64,000 nucleotides of DNA from Actinomycetota bacterium (GTDB lineage Bacteria; Actinomycetota; Actinomycetes; Nanopelagicales; Nanopelagicaceae). The translations under genes and the position numbers were made by a program. The first letter of the stretch is position 1, and each line of letters opens with the position of its first letter. The DNA lies in contig CANFXM010000001.1 in NCBI GenBank assembly GCA_947451045.1, forward strand, positions 5,793-69,792, written 5' to 3'. The notes under the pieces are model-generated. The model was not told the origin of the DNA. It saw only the letters and a program-made list of their open reading frames with translations, and did no database searches. Below are positions 40,760 through 52,384 of this stretch, piece by piece.

Positions 40760-43036
40760 CTACTTGAGCATTGAGGCCAATCGCTCACGTACTTCACGAG
40801 CTCGCTCATCGCTGAGTGCTCCACCGCTAATCTCTGTGACATACAAGGTATCAATGGCTTCGGCTCCCAAAGTTGTAACAATGGCTGAACGAATATCTAC
40901 CTGGGACTGCGCCACTGCTGCGCCAATTCTAAATAACAATGCAGGGCGATCATGGCTGCGGACTTCAAAAACGGTGGCATCTGTTGCAGCATCTCTAATT
41001 GATTCCACTATTGGAGGTGGAACTGGAATTGTTGGTAATTGAGCATATGCCTCAGTGCGTGCATTGATTCGCTCTTCGATATCATTAGAATTTCTTAAAG
41101 CATCCTCAATATCGCGGTGTAATTTCTCTGCAGTTATTGCTGGTGCATGTGGGTCTGGAGTCACTATCCACTTCATAACAGCTGAAGGTCCATGCGATTT
41201 TGTTCTGGCGGAGCGAACATCGAGTCGAGCAAGATTGAGTACGCCTGCAACAATTGATAATAAACCGGGTTTATCTGGAGAAATAATTTCGATTGAATAG
41301 TCAAGGCCACGAGCTTCTAGATTCACTCGAAGAATTCCAGATTGAGCAATCTGTCGCTGTTCATCTGTGATATCTGGCTGTAGTGCAACCGTGCTTCCAC
41401 TCATTGCCTTTCTGACTTTGTTGACCAATTCTTCAACCAAACTTGCTTTCCACTCACTCCACGCTGCGCGACCCGTTGCTTCACCGTCGGCAATGCTCAA
41501 GGCGTGCAAAAGTTCGAGCGTTTCTAAATCTGGAATTACAGCCAAAATTGATGCAATGGTTGCAGGGTCATCTAAATCACGACGAGTTGCTGTCGCTGAA
41601 AGTAATAAATGATGTTGAACTAGAATCTTTAGCGTTTCAACATCTTCGTGCGGAAAACCAAATCTGGTAGCTAATGGTGCAATCAATCGTGCTCCGCGCT
41701 CTGAGTGATCTTCCTCGCTACCTTTACCAATATCGTGAAATAGAGCTCCTACTAGAAGCAAGTCGGGTCGATGTACATTGCGCGTCAATGCCGCAGCACG
41801 TACTGCCGTTTCAACCATATGACGATCAACAGTATGGCGATGAAGTGCATTTCTTTGTGGAAGAGAGCGAACTGAACTCCACTCTGGAATCCATGAAAAA
41901 ATAATTTCCTCTTGATCAAGGGCTTCAAAAACGTCAATCATCGCAGCCCCTGCGCCAATCAGTGCGACTAAATTTTCGCGAGCTTCGCGCGGCCATGGCG
42001 AAGGTAATTGGGCCTTGCCTTCCTTTAGCACTGTGGCTAATCGTTCACAACTATCGAGTGAGAGTGGCATTCCCAATTGCGCAGCTTTTGCAGCAGCGCG
42101 TAACCCTAAAACAGCATCGTCGGCAATCTCAACTTGCGAATCGATAATAACTTCTTGATTCGCAACACTAATTCCTCGTGCGATCGAAGTTGTTCTTGGC
42201 TTACGTAAAATCCTGCCAAGTCCATCTTTACCTTTGAATTCAATTTTGTGCCACGTCGTATTGAGTAGGTAATCTACTGATCGTGCTGCTCGTGCAACAT
42301 CGCTCATTAATAAATCTGCATCTGCGTAATCTAAATGCCGCGCTACGCGATCTTGTTCTTGGAAAAGTAAACGATCACGATTCTTCTGAGTAGTTTCATG
42401 AAGAGCTTCTCTAATATTTGCTAACGTTGATTCAGCCCAGCTAATTTTTTCTAACGGAACATCGAAAGCCCCGCTCAACTTTATGGCACGTAGCGCATTG
42501 ATATCGCGCAAACCTCCACGTGCTTCTTTCAAATCTGGTTCAAGCAAATATGCCAATTCACCAGCACGTTCATGGCGCTCATCTAAAGATCTACGCAATT
42601 CTGGCAATCTCTTACGAGAATCTTTTCTCCATGAATCAATCGAATCGTGCTGGACCGCCGCGACTAAATCTGCATCACCAGATACCAATCGAATATCTAG
42701 AAGTCCTAAGGCAACTTTGAGATCATCGTGTGCCGCATCACGGGTTTGCGCACGTGTGCGAACTGAATGATCTACGCTCTTTGAATCCCATAAGGGATAA
42801 AGCAATGTGTTGACGAAAGTACTGAGTTCATCATCACTAAAAGAATCATTATGCAAAATCACAATATCGAGATCAGAGCCAGGAGATAATTCAGCTCTTC
42901 CATATCCCCCGACTGCTGCCAGAGCTATGCCTTCATTTTTTGCTCTTTGCGAAAGTGTGCTGAGCGCTTCGTTAAAAAGCGAAGCGAGGTACCGATCGCT
43001 CTCGTTCGATCGGTACCTTCGCTCGCGTGTTCCCAT
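40760..43036 (-). CDS. glnD: [Protein-PII] nucleotidyltransferase GlnD
   Basis: AVGGYGR.EL.PGSDLD, PDLKE.RGGLRD, HDIGKG HD domain, two ACT domains. Confidence 0.93.
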   Translation of the reverse strand: MGTRERRYRSNESDRYLASLFNEALSTLSQRAKNEGIALAAVGGYGRAELSPGSDLDIVILHNDSFSDDELSTFVNTLLYPLWDSKSVDHSVRTRAQTRDAAHDDLKVALGLLDIRLVSGDADLVAAVQHDSIDSWRKDSRKRLPELRRSLDERHERAGELAYLLEPDLKEARGGLRDINALRAIKLSGAFDVPLEKISWAESTLANIREALHETTQKNRDRLLFQEQDRVARHLDYADADLLMSDVARAARSVDYLLNTTWHKIEFKGKDGLGRILRKPRTTSIARGISVANQEVIIDSQVEIADDAVLGLRAAAKAAQLGMPLSLDSCERLATVLKEGKAQLPSPWPREARENLVALIGAGAAMIDVFEALDQEEIIFSWIPEWSSVRSLPQRNALHRHTVDRHMVETAVRAAALTRNVHRPDLLLVGALFHDIGKGSEEDHSERGARLIAPLATRFGFPHEDVETLKILVQHHLLLSATATRRDLDDPATIASILAVIPDLETLELLHALSIADGEATGRAAWSEWKASLVEELVNKVRKAMSGSTVALQPDITDEQRQIAQSGILRVNLEARGLDYSIEIISPDKPGLLSIVAGVLNLARLDVRSARTKSHGPSAVMKWIVTPDPHAPAITAEKLHRDIEDALRNSNDIEERINARTEAYAQLPTIPVPPPIVESIRDAATDATVFEVRSHDRPALLFRIGAAVAQSQVDIRSAIVTTLGAEAIDTLYVTEISGGALSDERAREVRERLASMLK

Positions 43037-43058
43037 GGTGCAACTTTAGGGGCGAACC

Positions 43059-44698
<1,640 letters not shown>

Positions 44699-44776
44699 TT
44701 ATTTTCCTCACATAAGGGTGCGCTAAAGATGCGCGAGAGTCTCGCCTTTGAGATGAGGCAAAGATGCCCCACGAGA

Positions 44777-44814
44777 GTTACAGAAAATAGCCTGTTGTGT
44801 TACATCTGTGTTAA
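44777..44814 (-). promoter_or_regulatory. GlnR-box-like array upstream of amtB: TTAAC-N6-GTAAC-N17-GTAAC
   Basis: Pentamers at 44810-44814, 44799-44803 and 44777-44781 (11- and 22-bp phasing), matching the actinobacterial GlnR gTnAc-n6-GaAAc layout. Confidence 0.7.
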
Positions 44815-45642
44815 AGCTCGAATATAACTTTCACTATCGAAGGGGGAAAAGTCGGTTTGGGACTCCCCTGTGCCTATCCATTTGATGGGGACGCCTATCT
44901 CTTTCTCGATGGCCAGGGCTACGCCACCTCTGGCGCTACCGTCGAGTTTGGTCAAAATAATTCCAGTCACGCCAATGCTTTCGGTAAATATTCTGGCTTG
45001 TGCGATGGCATTGTGACCCGTTGTTGCATCAATAACTAAAAGAACTTCATTGATCGGAAGGACTTTTTCGATAACTCTTTTGACTTTTCCAAGTTCTGCC
45101 ATCAAGTCATTCTTATTGTGCAAACGTCCTGCGGTGTCTATCAATAAATAATCAACGCACTTATTGAGCGCCGCATGTGCGCTATCAAATGCGACGGAGG
45201 CAGGATCTCCATTTTCTTTTCCTGACACAACTTCAATTCCGAGACGATCTCCCCACGTGCGCAGTTGCTCAACTGCAGCTGCACGAAAGGTATCGCCTGC
45301 AGCCAAGAGCACTTTACTTCCACGGCTTTGAAAGAGCGCCGCTAATTTTGCAACCGATGTCGTCTTTCCGGTTCCATTGACGCCGACAATAAGAATTGTT
45401 GTTGGCCCCGATGCGGCACGAATGGTTTCACGAGATTGACGTGATAATTGTGAAAGAAGGATGCGATGGAGATCTTCCTCTGGGTTTTCACCTTTGCTTT
45501 TTTTAGCTTCATCAATGAGGGCACGAGAAAAATTTGGTCCTAAATCAGATGCTAGAAGTTCACCGTAGAGTTCTTCCCAATCACTATTTGAGAGTGTTGA
45601 TTGACCCTTTATTTTGCTAAGGAATTTAGTAAAGATCCCCAT
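44800..45642 (-). CDS. ftsY: SRP receptor FtsY (minimal NG form)
   Basis: [31 protein letters not shown]; no acidic A domain. Confidence 0.94.
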   Translation of the reverse strand: MGIFTKFLSKIKGQSTLSNSDWEELYGELLASDLGPNFSRALIDEAKKSKGENPEEDLHRILLSQLSRQSRETIRAASGPTTILIVGVNGTGKTTSVAKLAALFQSRGSKVLLAAGDTFRAAAVEQLRTWGDRLGIEVVSGKENGDPASVAFDSAHAALNKCVDYLLIDTAGRLHNKNDLMAELGKVKRVIEKVLPINEVLLVIDATTGHNAIAQARIFTESIGVTGIILTKLDGSARGGVALAIEKEIGVPIKWIGTGESQTDFSPFDSESYIRALTQM

Positions 45643-45647
45643 CGAAA

Positions 45648-48600
45648 TTAGCTAGCGTCTGATTCACGCAAACGTTGCGAGATAACTTCAGTGACGCCAT
45701 CACCGCGCATTGTTACGCCATAAAGGGCATCGGCAATTTCCATCGTGCGCTTTTGGTGAGTGATAATAATAAGTTGTGAGCTGGCACGAAGTTCTTCCAG
45801 GATTACAAGTAAGCGACCTAAGTTAACATCATCAAGGGCGGCCTCAACTTCATCCAGCACGTAGAACGGACTTGGACGGGCCTTGAATATTGCAACAAGC
45901 ATCGCTACGGCTGTAAGTGATTTTTCTCCGCCAGAGAGTAACGAGAGTCGCTTGATTCTCTTTCCTGGTGGACGGGCTTCAACATCAACGCCAGAACTCA
46001 AAGGATTATCTGGATCCGTGAGAATCAAACGGCCATCGCCACCAGGGAATAGTCGCGCGAAAATATCCTCGAAATGTTTTGCAGTCTCTGTATAGGCTTC
46101 CATGAAAATTTGTTGAACTCGATCATCAACCTCTTTGATGATATCGAGCAAGTCTTTTTTAGTGTTCTTGAGATCTTCGAGCTGTTCGGCGAGAAACTTC
46201 AAACGTTCTTCTAGCGCAGTAAATTCTTCGAGTGCCAAAGGATTTACTTTGCCCAGGAGTGCAAGTGAACGCTCTGTTGATGCAAGGCGCTTTTCTTGTT
46301 GATCGCGACGATATGGAACCATTTCGGTTGCAACGATCTCACCTGTTTCAGTCTCAAAAAATGTTGGTACATCTTTATCCGGACCATATTCGTTGACGAG
46401 TGAAGTGAGATCAATTCCAAATTCTTCAACAGTCTTAGCTTCTAGTGTCTCTATGCGCAAACGCTGCTCTGCTCGAGCAATTTCATCACGATGAACACTT
46501 GAAGTGACTTGATCTAATTGAGCGGTAAGTTCGCGGCCACGGGTACGAATTGAAAGCGTTTCGCCTTCGCGCGCAGTTCTTGATTCTTCGAGTCGAGAGC
46601 GCTCTGTTGCCGCTTTTGCAATTGAGCGTTCAATATGAATGAGCGCTTCATAGGCAGCCTCTGCAATAGCTTGCGAAATAATTGCGCCACGTGCACGTGC
46701 TCCACGGCGAGATACTGCGCGCTCTGAAGCTTCGCGCTCTGCTTTAGCAGATGCTTCGAGAGTTGATGCACGTGCACCAACGGAATCCACTCGCTCTTCA
46801 ATAGTACGCACAGCAAGTCGCGCTTCAACTTCGGCGGTACGTGCATTAGATACTTTGTTACGAAGTTCCTCTGTATGTGAGTGATCTGGCTCAGCGACAT
46901 CGCCACGTTGTTCCAATTGATTCTTTGCAATTGCTAAATCTTCTTCATCACGGGATTTAGCCGCGCTTGCCTCAGTAATTGATGCTTGTAAACGTTCAAC
47001 TTCAGCCATGGCTGATTTCATGTGTTGACCAGAGACAGCTAATTGTTCTGTGAGCGCTGCTATTCGAGCATCTGACTCATTGAGTTTAGAGAGTGCGATA
47101 TCAAATGCACTTTGTTTTTCTCCCACTTCAGCATTGACTGTCGAGATTTCAAAACGTAAGCGATCACAATTGTGAACTAAAGATTCTAATTTTTTCGTCA
47201 AATCTTCAATCAGGGCTTTGACTTCAATAAGTGATGCCGAAGACTTTGAGCCACCTCGTGCACGTGAGGAAGAAATAACATCGCCATCGCGAGTTACAAC
47301 TGTGAGATTTGAATGTGATCGCAAAATTTCATGGGCATCACGTGCATTCTCAGTCACGACAATGTGGCTGAGCAATGAAGCTAAGAGGTCACCAATCCGT
47401 CCCGAACGAATATGAGCGCTTATTGGGGTCAAGGATGATGGGATAGAAATATTTGATGGGGCATGACCTGGCTGATAAACCAAAACATCTGCCTGACCTA
47501 AATTCTCATTACGAAGTGTTGTTAGCGCAGTCACTGCTGCAGATAAATCTTGAACCACAACGGCATCTGCTAATTGACCAAGTGCCGCAGCGGCAGCGCT
47601 CTCCCAACCCGAATCAATTTCGATTAATGAGGCAATGCTTCCAATTATTTGTACTCCTCGTGCATCACGAATCAGAGCTGATGCCCCATCACGATTTGAG
47701 GTCGTTAGCTGAAGTGCTTCTAATTTAGATTCAACCGAATTGCGATCGCGATCTGCATTGCGTTCTGCTTCAACCAGATCGGAAAGCTTTTTCTTGGAGA
47801 ATTCCAGCGCATTCTTTGCATTTTCAAATTGGGAATCCAGACCAATTTCGCCAGAGTCCGCGCTAGCAATCTCTAATTCGAAGGTTGAATATTCGCGCCG
47901 CGCATTCTCGACTCGTTCTTGGGCTTCATCGCGCGCTTTTGTGAGACGTGCAATCTCTTCCGCAATCGCCTCAAGTCGAGCAGCTAAGGATTTGATGTGG
48001 CCTTCTTGTCGCGCAGTACCTTCACGAGCATCGGCAATCGCGCGCATTGCGGCGGCAATTGTGTCTTCATCAATTTTTAGTGCTGCTTCAGTTGTTGCAA
48101 GTTCTTGGGTTGCCTGCTGCAATGCACTTTGTGCATTAATAACATTTTGGCGAAGTGTTGCTTCTTCAATGCGAAGCGCTTGCGCCTCAAGATCCATAGC
48201 TTCTGGATCGCGCCCGGCACTTCGTGCTTCTTCTGCCTCTTCTGCAAGAAAACGAGAGCGCTCTTGCGCCAAACTTTGAGTGCCACGAAATTTTTCGCGC
48301 AGTGAATTGAGATTATAAAAATTCTCTTGGGCAGAAACTAGTAAGGGTCCTTCGATAGCACTTTGTGCATCAAGTGCTTCTTCCCGCGCACGAACTGTTT
48401 CAAGCTCGCTTTCAACCTGTGCACGTTGTTCACGTAGTGCATTTTCATCGGCAACTTCAGCGTCAAGGGTTCGTGAAAGTGAAATGTAATCATCGGCAAG
48501 TAAGCGAAGTTTCGCATCTCGCAGATCGGCTTGAATGGTTGCAGCTTTTTTTGCAACTTCGGCTTGTTTACCAAGTGGACGTAGTTGGCGGCGTAATTCA

Positions 48601-49187
48601 ACTGTTAAGTCTTGTACACGAGCCAAGTTTGTTTGCATTGAATCTAATTTTCGAAGAGCTTTCTCTTTACGTTTACGGTGCTTTAGAACTCCAGCTGCCT
48701 CTTCAATAAAACCGCGGCGCTCTTCCGGCGTAGCCATCAAAATTGCATCGAGCTGACCTTGACCAACGATGACGTGCATTTCACGACCAATACCTGAATC
48801 GCTCAATAGTTCTTGAATATCTAGCAGGCGTGAAGCTTCACCATTGATTTGATATTCACTTTGTCCATTGCGAAAAAGTATTCGAGAAATAGTGACTTCG
48901 GTGTAATCGATAGGAAGTGAACCGTCGGTGTTATCAATAGTTACTGAAACTTCAGCGCGGCCAAGTGGTGCACGCCCCGATGTTCCTGCAAAAATTACAT
49001 CTTCCATTTTTCCGCCGCGAAGAGATTTTGCGCCTTGCTCACCCATAACCCAGGTAAGGGCATCAACAACATTGCTCTTGCCTGAACCGTTGGGACCGAC
49101 CACGCATGTAATTCCTGGCTCCAGGCGCAGCGTTGTGGCGGAGGCAAAGGACTTAAATCCCTTGAGCGTCATACTCTTCAAATACAC
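45648..49187 (-). CDS. smc: Chromosome segregation protein SMC
   Basis: GFKSF, GPNGSGKSN, long coiled coils with hinge, LSGGE, LDEVEAALD. Confidence 0.97.
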   Translation of the reverse strand: MYLKSMTLKGFKSFASATTLRLEPGITCVVGPNGSGKSNVVDALTWVMGEQGAKSLRGGKMEDVIFAGTSGRAPLGRAEVSVTIDNTDGSLPIDYTEVTISRILFRNGQSEYQINGEASRLLDIQELLSDSGIGREMHVIVGQGQLDAILMATPEERRGFIEEAAGVLKHRKRKEKALRKLDSMQTNLARVQDLTVELRRQLRPLGKQAEVAKKAATIQADLRDAKLRLLADDYISLSRTLDAEVADENALREQRAQVESELETVRAREEALDAQSAIEGPLLVSAQENFYNLNSLREKFRGTQSLAQERSRFLAEEAEEARSAGRDPEAMDLEAQALRIEEATLRQNVINAQSALQQATQELATTEAALKIDEDTIAAAMRAIADAREGTARQEGHIKSLAARLEAIAEEIARLTKARDEAQERVENARREYSTFELEIASADSGEIGLDSQFENAKNALEFSKKKLSDLVEAERNADRDRNSVESKLEALQLTTSNRDGASALIRDARGVQIIGSIASLIEIDSGWESAAAAALGQLADAVVVQDLSAAVTALTTLRNENLGQADVLVYQPGHAPSNISIPSSLTPISAHIRSGRIGDLLASLLSHIVVTENARDAHEILRSHSNLTVVTRDGDVISSSRARGGSKSSASLIEVKALIEDLTKKLESLVHNCDRLRFEISTVNAEVGEKQSAFDIALSKLNESDARIAALTEQLAVSGQHMKSAMAEVERLQASITEASAAKSRDEEDLAIAKNQLEQRGDVAEPDHSHTEELRNKVSNARTAEVEARLAVRTIEERVDSVGARASTLEASAKAEREASERAVSRRGARARGAIISQAIAEAAYEALIHIERSIAKAATERSRLEESRTAREGETLSIRTRGRELTAQLDQVTSSVHRDEIARAEQRLRIETLEAKTVEEFGIDLTSLVNEYGPDKDVPTFFETETGEIVATEMVPYRRDQQEKRLASTERSLALLGKVNPLALEEFTALEERLKFLAEQLEDLKNTKKDLLDIIKEVDDRVQQIFMEAYTETAKHFEDIFARLFPGGDGRLILTDPDNPLSSGVDVEARPPGKRIKRLSLLSGGEKSLTAVAMLVAIFKARPSPFYVLDEVEAALDDVNLGRLLVILEELRASSQLIIITHQKRTMEIADALYGVTMRGDGVTEVISQRLRESDAS

Positions 49188-49239
49188 GCGGTAAACCTAT
49201 CGCTTTACGCGTGAACTTTTGTTATTCAACGCGAGCGCG

Positions 49240-49926
49240 TTAACCCTCTACTTCTACTTCAGTCTCTGACTTCAAGCGTTCGTATGCAGTGCGTGCAGCA
49301 ACTTGTTCTGCTTCGCGCTTACTTTTTCCAGTTCCTTCACTTAGCGCAACTCCAGCGAGCATTGCATGCGCCATGAAATTCTTGTCGTGATCTGGGCCCT
49401 CTTCGGTTACGAAATATTCAGGTACGCCTCGACCTAGTGATGCCGCTAATTCTTGTAATGCAGTTTTTCCATCGAGTCCGGCACCACGAGCAAGTGCGTT
49501 CTCCATTGTCGAACGTATCAATACACGTACAACTGCTGTGCATTTTTCAAAACCAGAATGCAAATAGATAGCACCAATAAGGGCCTCTAGTGCATCTGCT
49601 AACAAAGAATTCTTATCGCGACCGCCGGTTACTTCTTCACCTTTACCAAGTCGGATGTATTGACCAAGTTCAAGTTCACGGGCGATATCTGCAAGTGCGC
49701 GCATATTTACAATTCCAGAGCGCAATGGTGATAGACGACTTTCATCTAAATCTGGATAGCGAAGATATAAATCTTCCGTAACGATGAGACCTAAAACTGA
49801 ATCGCCAAGAAACTCTAAACGTTCATTAGTTTCTTTCGCACCGGTTTCATAAGCATATGAACGATGCGTAAATGCCAGCTCCAGCAATGCAGGATCAATA
49901 TCAATCCCTAAACGCTGCGTTAGCAC
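49240..49926 (-). CDS. rnc: Ribonuclease III
   Basis: AFTHRS, NERLEFLGD, C-terminal dsRBD; exact start uncertain. Confidence 0.95.
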   Translation of the reverse strand: MLTQRLGIDIDPALLELAFTHRSYAYETGAKETNERLEFLGDSVLGLIVTEDLYLRYPDLDESRLSPLRSGIVNMRALADIARELELGQYIRLGKGEEVTGGRDKNSLLADALEALIGAIYLHSGFEKCTAVVRVLIRSTMENALARGAGLDGKTALQELAASLGRGVPEYFVTEEGPDHDKNFMAHAMLAGVALSEGTGKSKREAEQVAARTAYERLKSETEVEVEG

Positions 49927-49936
49927 CGAACTCAGA

Positions 49937-50110
49937 TCAGACCTCTAGTACCTGGCGACGGTTATATGTACCGCAGGTTGGGCATGCTGTGTGTTGCAAT
50001 TTTGGTTGCTGGCATTGTGGGCAAGCAGCAAGTGCTGCAGCAGTGGTTTTCCACTGGCTTCGACGTGAGCGCGTCTTAGAACGCGACATTTTTCGCTTTG
50101 GTACTGGCAC
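49937..50110 (-). CDS. rpmF: 50S ribosomal protein L32 (zinc-binding type)
   Basis: VPKRKMSRS.TR.RRSQWK, CPQC...C..CG. Start placed at GTG 50110. Confidence 0.94.
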   Translation of the reverse strand: MPVPKRKMSRSKTRSRRSQWKTTAAALAACPQCQQPKLQHTACPTCGTYNRRQVLEV

Positions 50111-50173
50111 TTTTCTAACCTCGTCTTTCAATTCGCAGCGATGGCTGCAGGCGGTAAGTATCTCTCAAAAGGG

Positions 50174-50788
50174 CTAAATCTTGAAATCGTCTCCCGAGAG
50201 AGGCTCAGGATCTAGCGCGAGAGCCGCCAATCCCTTCCATCTCGCATCAATAACCTCATGCAGATGCTCGGGCTCTAATTCGGCCCACTTGCCGCCACAT
50301 TCGGGACATAGGCCCGGGCAATCATCGCGACATAGTGGATTGATAGGAAGAGATAAAACAATTGCATCGCGAATTGGTGTTTCCAAATCGATGTAATCAC
50401 CTGCCATCTCAAGTTCATCATCATTATCCAAATCATCAATATCTGAATCGAGTCTTTTGCCACTCTTATTGCGACGCCCGCCCTTATCGTGAGTTGGCGC
50501 ATAGCGATATAACTCTTGAATCGTGCGATCAATGTCGAGTTCAACGCTGTCTAAACAGCGCGTACATTCACCGACCGCTATGGCATAAATTTGTGCGCTC
50601 ACTAAGACGCCTTCTGTGACAGATTCGAGTCGCATATCTACTTCGATTGTTGCGCCAATCGGCACAGCGATGAGTGGAATTCCCACCGACTCTTCTAAAA
50701 CTAAATCAAGCTCATACTCTCTCATCTCGCCAGCGCGGCGAGGCAACTCATAGGTATTGAACTTATAAATCTTCGATGGACGTGGCAT
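50174..50788 (-). CDS. YceD/DUF177 family protein
   Basis: ECTRCL, PLC..DCPGLCP.CG, D.RW..L; upstream of rpmF. Confidence 0.88.
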   Translation of the reverse strand: MPRPSKIYKFNTYELPRRAGEMREYELDLVLEESVGIPLIAVPIGATIEVDMRLESVTEGVLVSAQIYAIAVGECTRCLDSVELDIDRTIQELYRYAPTHDKGGRRNKSGKRLDSDIDDLDNDDELEMAGDYIDLETPIRDAIVLSLPINPLCRDDCPGLCPECGGKWAELEPEHLHEVIDARWKGLAALALDPEPLSGDDFKI

Positions 50789-50799
50789 GGCTATATGAA

Positions 50800-51282
50800 T
50801 TAATGATCTTCAGCTAATTGAGCAAGTACATCTTTATCATCTGCACCAGCTAAGCGTTCACGACCTCGAGCAACAGCATCCATAGTTTTATTCAAAATTA
50901 CTTCTAGGGTCGCTAATCGGCTATCAATATATTCTTCAACTTGGATTCGCTCTTCTTCTGCCACATCACGTGCATCATCGAGAATTTTCTTTGCTTCATC
51001 GCGCGCGGCTTGAACGATAGAAGTCTGTTCCACCATTCGTGCAACTTCTTCACGAGCATTAGAAACTAATGAGTCAGCACTAATTCTTCCATCTTCAATA
51101 ATCGAATCACGCGAAGCAATAATTGCTTCAGCCTCTTCCAAGTCAGCGGGTAGAGCAGCGCGGGCATCATCGAGAATCTCTAGCATCTCTCCTCGGTGAA
51201 CAACGCACGAGGCAGAAAGCGGAACTCCACGTGCCTCTTCCACCATCGTTATTGCTGAGGTTAATTTATCCACTGAATCCAT
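50800..51282 (-). CDS. Coiled-coil protein, SepIVA/Rv2927c-like
   Basis: VEEARGVPLSASCVV.R.E.L..LDD; conserved position after coaD. Confidence 0.72.
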   Translation of the reverse strand: MDSVDKLTSAITMVEEARGVPLSASCVVHRGEMLEILDDARAALPADLEEAEAIIASRDSIIEDGRISADSLVSNAREEVARMVEQTSIVQAARDEAKKILDDARDVAEEERIQVEEYIDSRLATLEVILNKTMDAVARGRERLAGADDKDVLAQLAEDH

Positions 51283-51284
51283 AG

Positions 51285-51761
51285 TTATTTCCCTGCTACT
51301 CGAGCTTTGAGTGCTGCGTTGACATTTACTGGAACCATTGAAGAAACATCTCCTCCATAGTGTGCAAGTTCTTTTACAAGTGATGATGATAAAAATGAAT
51401 GTGCAGGTGCTGTTGCCATAAACATAGTTTCAACGCCAGATTGTAGATTTACTTGCGCCATTTGTAGCTCGTAATCAAAGTCTGTAACAGCGCGTAAACC
51501 TTTGACAATCGCTTGAATTGAATTGGTCTTGCAATAATCCACTAGTAAACCGCTCCATGAATCAACGATGACATTTGGGAATTTAGATGTAGTTTCGCGA
51601 ATCATTTCAATTCGATCAGCAACGCTAAAAAGGCTTGCTTTAGTGCGATTTTCAAGAACAGCGACAACGACCTGATCAAAGTGAGCACTCGCGCGCTCAA
51701 TGATGTCGAGATGGCCATAGGTGATGGGATCAAAAGATCCAGGACATACGGCGCGCTTCAT
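51285..51761 (-). CDS. coaD: Phosphopantetheine adenylyltransferase
   Basis: PGSFDPIT.GH, KGLR...DF.YE, SSS.VKE. Confidence 0.96.
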   Translation of the reverse strand: MKRAVCPGSFDPITYGHLDIIERASAHFDQVVVAVLENRTKASLFSVADRIEMIRETTSKFPNVIVDSWSGLLVDYCKTNSIQAIVKGLRAVTDFDYELQMAQVNLQSGVETMFMATAPAHSFLSSSLVKELAHYGGDVSSMVPVNVNAALKARVAGK

Positions 51762-51800
51762 GGGAGAAACGCTAGCAAGAGATGCCCGTGTTATCCATTC

Positions 51801-52379
51801 TCACGCTTGAACAGGGCCAGCATTGGCATAGTAAATAGTGGCTTGTCCATAATTTCGCTCTCGCACTGGCTCATAACTCTGCGGCCAGTTGAACTTGCCA
51901 CCTTTTGCACGTCGTTCAACTGCAACAAATGCATCGCTCTTGAGGAAATTTCCTTCTGCTAAAAGTCGAAGAATTTCTTCGAGTTCATTGCTAGGGAAAT
52001 CGTAGGGAGGGTCAACGTAAACACAATGGTATTGCTCGTGCGCGGCATCGCTTACAAATCTTTGCACTGACATCGAATATAGGTGGAACTTTCCAGTTGG
52101 TTTTGCTTTCACTACTAATTCGCTATTAGTTGTAATAGTTTTTTGAGCATCGCTTTCATTTTCTACAGCGTGCACAATTGTTGCTCCACGTGAGAGTGCT
52201 TCTAATCCAATGGCGCCAGATCCGGCGAATAAATCAAGAATGTGTAAGCCATGAAAATCACCAAATTCAGATGTCAATGAAGAGAAGAGGCCTTCGCGGG
52301 CGCGATCAGAAGTTGGACGCGTAGCACCAGAGACGCTCGCAAGAGTTCTCCCCTTTGCTACACCAGCAATTATTCTCAT
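51801..52379 (-). CDS. rsmD: 16S rRNA m2G966 methyltransferase
   Basis: MRIIAG, TRPTSDR.RE.LF, LDLFAGSGA.GLEALSRGA, DPPY. Confidence 0.93.
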   Translation of the reverse strand: MRIIAGVAKGRTLASVSGATRPTSDRAREGLFSSLTSEFGDFHGLHILDLFAGSGAIGLEALSRGATIVHAVENESDAQKTITTNSELVVKAKPTGKFHLYSMSVQRFVSDAAHEQYHCVYVDPPYDFPSNELEEILRLLAEGNFLKSDAFVAVERRAKGGKFNWPQSYEPVRERNYGQATIYYANAGPVQA

Positions 52380-52384
52380 TATTT

